DNA of 64,000 nt from Paraphysomonas bandaiensis. Its lineage: Eukaryota; Protista; Chrysophyceae. Location of the stretch: NCBI GenBank assembly GCA_965644295.1, contig CBFFRP010000348.1, positions 62,001 through 126,000 on the forward strand, written 5' to 3'. This document shows positions 50,033 to 59,138 of this stretch, in pieces. Made by a program: the position numbers and the translations under genes. How positions within the stretch are numbered: the stretch's first letter is position 1; each line of letters opens with the position of its first letter. The notes beneath the pieces were generated by a model, which saw nothing but the letters and a program-made list of their open reading frames with translations, was not told the origin of the DNA and searched no databases.

Positions 50033-51988
50033 ATGAGCGCAACCTTCTATACAACTACCGAATTTGCTATTGTACGTGCCGTGAGTTCGGGTCATGCCAA
50101 TACCTCAAATATTCCATCTGAATTAAAGTCCATCGTTCCCGAGTTAATAGATTGTCGCAATAAAGCTCAGAACTCTGTTCGTGGTAGTAACCGCAAAGAT
50201 TTTACGGATGCCTGCTTGAAAGCTTGGGATTTGTTATCAACCTTGAGCTCCCCGTCATTGAGTAATAAATATGCTCTACCATCAAGATATAATTCGGAAA
50301 GTTTTGATCTGTTGTTACAGTCGGCTTCAAAATCACTCTATGCAATGGAAACTGGGGCGCGCTCAGTGGGAAATAATTATATATTAAATGGGCTCAAAGG
50401 AGTAGGAAAAACTTGCATGCTTCACGCGATGGGTGCAATTTCTGCCTGTGTTTGCAAAGATATATTTCCAACTTACTGGATTTATGAAAAGCGAACTCCC
50501 AAGGAACCTGCAAACCCGTACACTCTGATCGAAGCTGCCCGACTTCTTTATAAATTGGAGTTAGACGATTTGCGAAACTCTAGTTTTGAATCAATTGTTT
50601 TGAATTTGATGCCCGACGGAACAGACATGGGAAGCACTGACAGTAGAGAGGTGAGCAAGTTCTTCCTTCTGCTCGATGAGATCACATATTTGTACATCCC
50701 CATTAAGGGACATGAAAGTAGCGAAGAGATTTCTCGTCGAGACACGTGTTGTTTTGTCCTTGGCCAGTTGAGGGAGATTGCACGCAAGGGGGATGTGATT
50801 ATTATGGCAACTGCGTCCAAGGTGAACATTGCGGATTATGTCTTTCACCCCGACTCCGTACATTCAGGTGTATCGATGTATCCTGATTTCAATTGCGGTC
50901 TGTTTACCATATCTCAAATTCGTCCTCCTCGCACCATTGCATTACTTAAGGAGTATTGCTGCGCACGGTATAAAGAAAACTTTACAACGGATTTGGTGAC
51001 CGAGATATTTTATTATACTGGAGGCATTGGGACGTTTGTCGATTGCTATAAGACAGAAGAAAATAAGCGCACAAACTTCGACGGGAGTTGCCTGCTGAGT
51101 GACCCTAAATTATTTCACCTCTCCTGCTCCCTGCTGTCTACTCCAACGATCGGGCTTGCCTCACTAAAAGCGTTCGGGATTGATATGTGCTCACTGAATC
51201 ATTGGGTCGATACCATGATATTTTATTGCGACAATTCCAAAATTGAGTTTCTGACGCCCCAGATTGCAGATATAGTTAAGGAATTCCTCAGTAATAACCA
51301 CATATATGAGCTTATTCATGTCTTCAACCGTACACGGCATGGGTTTCATGGTGGAAGTCCTGGTCACTCGAACGAGGAACTGCTCAACCTCATCGCGCCC
51401 GCGGTGCTGAAGTTGGAAGGGTATATGGAACCTCAACGAGAAATAGCTTTCATCAAATTGGATACGGATGTACGTCTGTACCTGGATGGGAACCACTTCG
51501 GTGAAGATATTTGCGGCTTATGCAACAGACTGCTGCGGTGGAATATAGAAGGCATCGAAATCGGAATAGATCGGATTTGGTTCGAGTTTACTGGTGGTGT
51601 TCTGTACGTCTCTGGTGCACAAATAAAATCCGGAAAAGACAAGCAAATAACCGCAGGCGTTTTGGAGACTCAGCGACGAAAGCCAACTCAGCGAATTGAT
51701 GACACAACTATCGCAGGTATTCTTGTCAAAGCCGAAAGAGGATTTGACGCCCTGTTATCCCATCTTGCCCAGGTATTCCAAGGTCCCATCCAAATCAAGG
51801 AGTTGGTAATACTCACTAATAAAGACGCGCGCGACGGGTTCGAAAAGTTTTGGATTGCAAACGCAGCCACAATGCCTGAAGAACGTTTTGTTACGGCCTC
51901 CGTAAACCATTTTTACTGTACGTTGCATGATGGTATGTCGTGGATAATAGACAACATCACTGTGGAGGTTTCAAGTTTGCTTCTGTAG
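50033..51988 (+). CDS. P-loop NTPase + C-terminal PD-(D/E)xK restriction-endonuclease-fold protein (Crinkler/RHS 'CR' effector-like), intronless
   Basis: Walker A GLKGVGKT (50390-50413), Walker B FFLLLDE and sensor strand IIMATAS. The C-terminus has G..NEE...IGIDRIW...AQIKSG (E-D-QxK nuclease pattern). Confidence 0.75.
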   Translation: MSATFYTTTEFAIVRAVSSGHANTSNIPSELKSIVPELIDCRNKAQNSVRGSNRKDFTDACLKAWDLLSTLSSPSLSNKYALPSRYNSESFDLLLQSASKSLYAMETGARSVGNNYILNGLKGVGKTCMLHAMGAISACVCKDIFPTYWIYEKRTPKEPANPYTLIEAARLLYKLELDDLRNSSFESIVLNLMPDGTDMGSTDSREVSKFFLLLDEITYLYIPIKGHESSEEISRRDTCCFVLGQLREIARKGDVIIMATASKVNIADYVFHPDSVHSGVSMYPDFNCGLFTISQIRPPRTIALLKEYCCARYKENFTTDLVTEIFYYTGGIGTFVDCYKTEENKRTNFDGSCLLSDPKLFHLSCSLLSTPTIGLASLKAFGIDMCSLNHWVDTMIFYCDNSKIEFLTPQIADIVKEFLSNNHIYELIHVFNRTRHGFHGGSPGHSNEELLNLIAPAVLKLEGYMEPQREIAFIKLDTDVRLYLDGNHFGEDICGLCNRLLRWNIEGIEIGIDRIWFEFTGGVLYVSGAQIKSGKDKQITAGVLETQRRKPTQRIDDTTIAGILVKAERGFDALLSHLAQVFQGPIQIKELVILTNKDARDGFEKFWIANAATMPEERFVTASVNHFYCTLHDGMSWIIDNITVEVSSLLL

Positions 51989-52005
51989 GACAAACATTGG
52001 CCCGC

Positions 52006-52299
52006 CGCAGGTATTCTTGTCAAAGCCGAAAGAGGGTTTGACGCCCTGTTATCCCATCTTGCCCAGGTATTCCAAGGTCCCATCCAAATCAAAGAGTTGG
52101 TAATACTCACTAATAAAGACGCGCGCGACGGGTTCGAAAAGTTTTTGGATTGCAAACGCAGCCACAATGCCTGAATAACGTTTTGTTACGGCCTCCGTAA
52201 ACCATTTTTACTGTACGTTGCATGATGGTATGTCGTGGATAATAGACAACATCACTGTAGAGGTTCAAGTTTGCTTCTGTAGGACAAATATTGGCCCGC
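52006..52299 (+). pseudogene. Tandem 294-bp duplicate of the 3' end of the NTPase-REase gene
   Basis: Copies 51712-52005 with a few substitutions, a +1 T (AAAAGTTTTT), a GAA>TAA stop and a -1 T. Confidence 0.92.
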
Positions 52300-53753
52300 C
52301 GTATTCGAGGAGAGCTGGACAAACCGAGACCACCGCCCCAGATGCCTTTGTCAATTGTGTAATGGCGTTATTGCGTCAACATTTACTGAGATTGATTTGA
52401 TTTGCTGACAGAAATTGCATGATATTTAATTGGATTAATTTGAGTACTTGCTTGCGTTGGATTGCAAATCATTGCTTGTGAATTGATAATTTTTAATGGA
52501 TGCATTTTAGAAATTGATTACTACATAAAAATATTGTTAGTAAATATTAAAACATGAAAACGAGAAATTATGCACAACCCTCTCAGCGGGGAGGAAAATT
52601 TCGGTCGAGAATTTACAATAAATTCACAAGGTTGCTGTCGCGATGCAACCGTTTAAGCAAAGAGAATTTGTCCAACAAGCTACTTCAAATACAAAAGAAA
52701 GAACAGTAGGAATGTGAGCCGGAAGCAGTAGTAGAATTCGAATCCTCCGAATCTGAAGAAAACATGAACAACAATAATCTTAATTATGATTCCCCCATAT
52801 ACCGATTACTTTTAGACGAAAACAAAAGCATTTTATGCTCTGACTGCCTGGATAAAGTTTAGTTGTTAGCAGCGAAACCGAAAAATAGACCTGCAATTGA
52901 TTAAATGGAGTGTGTGCAGTGCAATAAGCGCACAACGCCGCCTTACCTACTTACCATTGCTGGTGTAATCAATAACAACGCCGTTTCATCGTCATGTTTT
53001 TTGAAGCGAAATTTGTAGATTTGACAATCAATGCATCAAAGCGTTCCATATCGCTATTCGCTTGGATAAGCATAATTGGGTGTGCTGCCGTTTCAAATGT
53101 GGTTTTGGGATAAAAAACATCACGGAGTTTTAACGTAACGTTTCCGTTGATACTTGGCGTTGGCGTTGGCTTTGTAAATGATTACCGGCCGCTTTAGTAT
53201 TTTTCCGCACAGGATGGCTTCTTCCAGCCCCGCCTTATAATACACGTTATCTGGATTGATAGAAAGGCGACGAATATGTAGTGAAGTGTTCAGAATAATA
53301 TTTATAATTTCTTACTTGAAAGTGCATTGTGTTCAACTGCAAAGTTAAGGTTTACGTGTAGAGCAAAGTTAACTTCAGTGAAATGTCCAATGCTAACACA
53401 ACAGAACGCATACTGACAATAGCTGAAATTGCATTGATGAGAGGAACATTATGTGTCCAAATTTCACAACACATATGTTGTAACAGTGCCAAGTGGAGCA
53501 GCCCCTCATGTTGTAAGTTGTGAGACCTTTCAGTGCAGGAGGTGGATTGACAAACAAAGCGATATACTCTTTATTGCACGGAATATGCGTTATTATAGTG
53601 TAGATATATGATTCAAAGTAAGCTGATAATGTATAATCAAAAAATACTGCATGATATGCACATACTGAAATACACACAGGAAAACTTCGATTAACTGCGC
53701 AGTCATGCTATCAATACAGGACTTCACAATACATAACGCTTTTAAAAATAAAC

Positions 53754-53806
53754 CTAACCAAGTACAGGCATATTTACAACACTGGACCGATGAACTCAAC
53801 ACGAAC
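53754..53806 (+). repeat. 53-bp perfect direct repeat, right copy (last 33 nt of DIS3L2 CDS plus 20 nt 3' flank)
   Basis: Identical to 47662-47714. Includes the codons VRVEFIGPVL* on the minus strand. Confidence 0.95.
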
Positions 53807-56395
53807 AGATATTGGTGGTTTCGTATTTGCAGACAGGCGGATTCTAACCTTGGTTAAAAGTGATATATGAAGGAGAGAGAATTCGTGAATGCAATTATCA
53901 TGGCGTTTGGAAGTACCGCGGTACAACGTAAGGCGCTTATCCTGCTCGTTGTATTGCGCCTCCACATCATCCATCTTGTCTATAAACACCCTTTCCTCGA
54001 ACGAGTATTTACTTACTAACACAGTGAAGCTCTTCTCCCCAATACCTATTACAACTCCTTCCGTTACCTCCGGTCGATGATGAAGGTACACCGCCAAAAA
54101 CACCACATCACTCCTCTGTTGCGCCGCCTTTGCAGCATCCTTGCGAGTATTACAATGCGCCGCAATCTCGACCATATCCTGAAGGCGCTTCTCTTGAACG
54201 TTACCGCTCCTACTCAACTCACAACCTGATAAACCTTCCTCTAGAAGCCGATGCACCATCACGTCAGCATATCGTCGAATGGGAGAGGTAAAATGAGTGT
54301 AGTATGGAATAGAGAGTGCATAATGTCGCCAATTTGGTGCCTCTGTTTCTCCCACAACGAAGTATTGGGCTCGGTTCATTGGGTGCATGATGAGAATCGT
54401 TATAACCTGAATTAGAAGGGGGTCTGCGCGCTCAGATATGCGCTTAAGAGACATCTGTAAGGTGTGCGCAGAGGACGTGTCAATTTCTAGGCCAATGTGC
54501 GACACAAGGTCCACAAGAGTATCTAGTCCTTGCATGTTAGGCGGGGGGTGATGGCGGAGGAATGAATACGGTCCTACTGTTTCCAACAATTTTTCCGCCA
54601 CAAGATAATTAGCTAGTAGCATATACTCTTCAATCAACTGGTTTGATTCTCTAATGATGTACGAAGCAGTTGATATTGGATTGCCGTCACTATCCAATCG
54701 AAACGTGAGTTTCGGCTGATTTAGCACGAGGGCACCATTCCCCATTCGCCTCTGCCTCCTAGGCATAGCCACTCTGTGCAAGAGACACACGTCTCGAGCC
54801 ACCTTCCAGGCTTCCTGAAACTGCCTTCCTTGGCTTACCTTCGGTCGTCGTGAGTGCTCCCATAACTCCTCGGATAAACACTTTATGTGAGAGTCTGGAT
54901 CATCGGAGTCATCACTAGGAACAGAGGGGATAAGTCCTTCCACCATGCGCTGTGCAGTTGGGTAGTCCAACTTCGCACAGGAACGTATTACCGTTCGACC
55001 AAACCAGGGAGTATGGCCAGGTGCTAGGTTCCCATCTCCTGTCATGCGGAATATGACAGAGAACGCTAATCTGTCAGTATCGGGGTTGAGTGAGCAGAGA
55101 TGCTCGCAGAGCAGTGATGGTAGCATAGGAATCACTTTTTGTACAAGATATACGGATGTCGCCCGCTTTTTTGCCTCTGTATCAAGAGCACTTCCAGGAC
55201 GCACGAAGTAACTGACATCTGCGATGTGTACCCCGACCTCGTAAAGTTCTTCTCCTGTGTCCGGGTCAACAGATAAGGGGGTGATATGCAGAGCATCGTC
55301 CAAGTCGCGAGCAGACGGTGGGTCGATCGTAAATATGCGTGTGTCGCGCAGATCGAGACGATTGTCAATCTCCTTCTGTGGAATCTGCCATCCAACACCT
55401 GAAGCAGCTTCTTCCTCGGACATTCCCAACTCAATTCTCAGCTCCTCCAAAACCTCATCCGAGAAAATATCGTGCCTGACTTCATTTTCTATCAGTAGCG
55501 CCTCCGTCTCTGCGGAAATACTCCCAACTTCACCCACCGATCGGACGTTCTCACCAAAAGGTAGCTTCGAAGAGGCTGGCCACTCGCGCACCACGTCAGC
55601 CACAAATATATGTGAAGCCATTTCGCAGGGACGCAGCACGAATGCGTCAGGGAGCTGTCCCCGAGGAATAATCATGTACGGCATACGTGTGTCAGATGGT
55701 GTGAAGGTCACATATCCCTCACTATCTGGTAGTCGTTCGCCGGGCGCAGGAAGGCGACGCAAGGTCAATGCACCAACTATGTTCTTATGATCGTATACCT
55801 CTACTATTCCCACAACCCGCCCACGTGGCTGCAGCCCAGCTTTGTGAGCTGCAATATCCACTGGGTGGCGATTTTTAGCGGGTGGCGGAGCATTCTGACA
55901 GCCCCCTTCCAAAGCCTGACGACGAGAGTCCTGCTTGAATGAAACCAGCAAGTCTTCTCTGGGTCGCCATAGCTCTTGCACTTTCTCCGTACTCTCGATA
56001 TGCATTGCAGAAAATTCCTCTGCAAGCTCACTCCCGCCTTTAATGGTTTCACTCTGGACGGAGCTCTCGTCGTCATCGGCAGCTGTTAATTTCGTAAACG
56101 GCACCCACGAGTCCTCTGGAAGCAACTCAACAACAACAACATCTCCATGATGAGCGCGATTCCTCTCGATCATATCAATCACTACCACATCAATACTAGC
56201 ACCTGGTACATCAATATATGCAACCTTCCTCCGCATCGGGTTTATTTTAACTCTTCCTCTGATGATATGCGAGGGGTCGTCCGCTGCCCTCCTGTCCATC
56301 TCATCAACACTCCAGTGATCAGGATACACTGGATTATTCATTCGAGAGGATTTATTGGGGGTTGATGATTTATTCTTTTGCATATTCGAAGTCAT
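53774..56395 (-). CDS. DIS3L2: DIS3-like 3'-5' exoribonuclease 2 (RNase II/RNB family), intronless
   Basis: ERNRAHHGDVVVVEL, RNB FTIDPPSARDLDDAL, VGVHIADVS, RATSVYL, LCSLNP, IEEYMLLAN and YTHFTSPIRRYAD. No PIN domain. The track ORF extends to 56557 through low-complexity sequence. Confidence 0.93.
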   Translation of the reverse strand: MTSNMQKNKSSTPNKSSRMNNPVYPDHWSVDEMDRRAADDPSHIIRGRVKINPMRRKVAYIDVPGASIDVVVIDMIERNRAHHGDVVVVELLPEDSWVPFTKLTAADDDESSVQSETIKGGSELAEEFSAMHIESTEKVQELWRPREDLLVSFKQDSRRQALEGGCQNAPPPAKNRHPVDIAAHKAGLQPRGRVVGIVEVYDHKNIVGALTLRRLPAPGERLPDSEGYVTFTPSDTRMPYMIIPRGQLPDAFVLRPCEMASHIFVADVVREWPASSKLPFGENVRSVGEVGSISAETEALLIENEVRHDIFSDEVLEELRIELGMSEEEAASGVGWQIPQKEIDNRLDLRDTRIFTIDPPSARDLDDALHITPLSVDPDTGEELYEVGVHIADVSYFVRPGSALDTEAKKRATSVYLVQKVIPMLPSLLCEHLCSLNPDTDRLAFSVIFRMTGDGNLAPGHTPWFGRTVIRSCAKLDYPTAQRMVEGLIPSVPSDDSDDPDSHIKCLSEELWEHSRRPKVSQGRQFQEAWKVARDVCLLHRVAMPRRQRRMGNGALVLNQPKLTFRLDSDGNPISTASYIIRESNQLIEEYMLLANYLVAEKLLETVGPYSFLRHHPPPNMQGLDTLVDLVSHIGLEIDTSSAHTLQMSLKRISERADPLLIQVITILIMHPMNRAQYFVVGETEAPNWRHYALSIPYYTHFTSPIRRYADVMVHRLLEEGLSGCELSRSGNVQEKRLQDMVEIAAHCNTRKDAAKAAQQRSDVVFLAVYLHHRPEVTEGVVIGIGEKSFTVLVSKYSFEERVFIDKMDDVEAQYNEQDKRLTLYRGTSKRHDNCIHEFSLLHISLLTKVRIRLSANTKPPISVRVEFIGPVL

Positions 56396-56804
56396 TCTTA
56401 TGATAGTTATGGATGCAGACTGTGCATGTGAGTAGGCTGCTGTGCTGTGTGCTCCTGCCTCTGCATGGATACATACATACAGCAGCATACAGCATACAGA
56501 TGGACGTACACATACATACCCACAGAACAATCCAAGTACGTTCTGTATTCCAGCCACTGTATTACTACCTCCATTGACACCATGAAGAACGATTGAAGAT
56601 ACACAAAGAAGAGGAGAAATACAGTGTAGTAGTGATGGTATACGTCAACCGCACTACAGTACGCACTTCTGCCACATGATGGAAGTGAGGCATATCGTAC
56701 ATGCACAGAGCTGTATGCTGTATAGGTATGACAACCAGCAGTGTGCATGTGTATACTGCTGTACTCTGTAGGATATCGCCCTGCTGTACGTGATGAGGTC
56801 GTCC

Positions 56805-57195
56805 AGTACAGTACTGCAGTACAGTACACCAGTACAGTACACCAGTACAGTACAATCAGGACATAGAGGTGATGATAGGGACAATGCAGCATGTCCATAA
56901 CATCTACTTTAAGTCCTGCGATCCACACATTCTCTTCTAAGTAACACACGTTCATATCAACACATCAACGTGATAGTACAGTGAGCCCTGATGATAAGAG
57001 CAACAGCCGATGACTCTTTCTTGCTTGAATGTTGCTGCTGGTTGCATTGAGCGGCAATCCTGTAGAGGCTGTGTGAGTGGAATGAAAGAAAGACATGGAC
57101 TAGATATACAGTACCACTACATCGACTGGTCATTTTTCTCACGGGTCGTAGCATGTATGTATGCATGTATGTATGTATGCATGTATGTATGTATG
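56805..57195. repeat. Simple repeats (CAGTA)n-type and (ATGT)n upstream of DIS3L2
   Basis: CAGTACAGTACACCAGTACAGTACACC... at 56805-56853 and ATGT/ATGC tetramers at 57152-57195. Confidence 0.8.
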
Positions 57196-58099
57196 TCGGG
57201 TGGGGATGTGATGCGGTGATTCCATCTCTCAAAGAAGTGTGAAGTATGAAAACGTAAGCATTAGTTAGTGAGAAGGTGTCGTATGTCTGCCATATAGCAC
57301 TACAGGGAGATCCTGAGTAAACAACGGTGCAGTGCTGCGCTATATTAGTGGTATGATGTGTAAAACGTAATAAAGTAACTACTGGATCGATAGGAGAAGT
57401 TGGGGGTAAATGACGTTATGGCTACGCTCACATTGTCACACTATTATACAGTGCTACTAGAAAAGTTGATACAACAACTACCGAAATAGATACGTTACAA
57501 AAGCTACCTTTAATGTATATGTGAATACTATATACATAAAAATATAATAAATTGAATGTAATTGAATGACTTGATATCGGACATGTAATTAATAATTAAG
57601 CTAACTTTCCTTGCTTAATTCGTATTAGTCCAATTCCTAATGCCGACAAAAAGCTGATGAAAGAGTTTTGAAATATTAGAAGGACGATATATAGTTACAA
57701 GAATCTTACTCACCTATACAGCCCCCTTGTTGCTCCCTTCATGAATAGTTCAGCACTTGTCTGTGCATGCAATGGTAACGTCGTGAAGAGACATTTATAC
57801 TGTGTATTGTGTGAAATTATTATTAGTAGTAGGCGTTAAGAACCGACACCAGATGAGTAGGTAGATGAAGACTTATATTAATGTCACGCCAATTGCTAAG
57901 TTGCTATATAGCAATGCAGAAGCTATTATCCCTCAACAAAGTCGGACTCGCACCTTTTCGTGGTGTTCTGGGGGATAAGTACCGGAGATATTTCTCCGGG
58001 AAACTAGCGTGAGCCGCAAACATAGCCGCTCACTCATAGCGGAATGCTTGTGTGGTACAAAGGACACCAGTATATGTCATTTGTGTAGACGTCTTTGGG

Positions 58100-58560
58100 C
58101 CTTGACGAAGAAACAGACGCCCGGGAGTGGGCCCACCTCAAGGGTATCCGCGAATGGGCCCACCTGAAGAGTAACCGGGGTATTGGGCTGCCTGCTGAAG
58201 TCAAGCATCCGGGCTGTTCACCTTAAGGACTCAAGGGATTTGAAGCCAGCAGATGTCAGGTATATCATCAACATTCTGCTTTCTCGCGGCGTTTGCTTTG
58301 AGCAATAAAGCGACCTGAAGTCAGCAGATGTCAGGTATGTTATTAACATTCTGCTTGCACACGGCGTTTGCATTGAGTAATACAGCGGAGGTGGTAGCAC
58401 CTTGGTGCATGCGGCGACGCACAAGCAGCCTCCGTAGCGTTAAATAGTAGGATAATAGAGTTTGTACTAGTTAGTTACAGGTAAACGCCTATCTAGCTTG
58501 ACTAGTTTTCTTCAAGCAAAACTGGTGCTGATTCTTAACGCCTATTGCTAATATAGAAAT
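58100..58560 (+). pseudogene. Degenerate ankyrin-like repeat relic; source family of the 32159-32329 insert
   Basis: A 75-bp tandem duplication (58241/58316) translates DLKxADVRY(I/V)INILL(S/A)xGVC(F/I)E*, followed by GGGSTLVHAAT. REWAHLK occurs twice upstream. In-frame stops present. Confidence 0.45.
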
Positions 58561-59138
58561 TTGGGGTTTATTGTTTTTAGTTGATCTAGTGCAACTGCTA
58601 TTCCCTAAGCATACAGAGTATACATACCATTGATTTGAAGCAACATGAGTTATCATATGTTTTCTAAGCGCTAAATTTATGATTGTCATTATAACGATCG
58701 TCATTGTCAGTTACATATCTAATTACTCCGTTGCAGTGATAGATATCTTTTACTTCATTATTCACTTCTTACATTACTGTGTTCTGTGTTCACTACTTAT
58801 TACTCTTGCATTCTAATAATCACAACGTTCTGTGCACTACTATTAAGATTAAATCTTCATTTGGTGTACATTAGATAGATAGATATCTGGCAAGACTTCA
58901 TGTAGACTATAGACAATGATAACTCTTCGGCCTTGTTGCTGTAAGCTTTAATTCATCATGGAAATAAAAAAGTGTAGTATTTCGTAATTAGTAATACAAG
59001 TATAGCAAATTGAGAGCAAGAAAGTATAAGTGGCTTTAGAACAATGCAATGAACGACAAAAATCGGTTAAAACGTAAGTTATAAAGTTGTACACTTAAAA
59101 ATTATGCTACGAACAAAAATATACTCCTCAAATCATAT

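Larger units (their letters stand above)
47715..53753. mobile_element. Candidate inserted island (6.04 kb) between 53-bp direct repeats
   Basis: Bounded by identical repeats. Contains the NTPase-REase gene, decayed Zn-finger gene relics and transposon-end-like repeats. Ends in A-rich TTTTAAAAATAAAC. Confidence 0.6.

Noticed and set aside
57600-58560. Hammerhead ribozyme / retrozyme in the repeat family
   Set aside because: CTGATGA occurrences lack the flanking stems and a correctly placed GAAA core.
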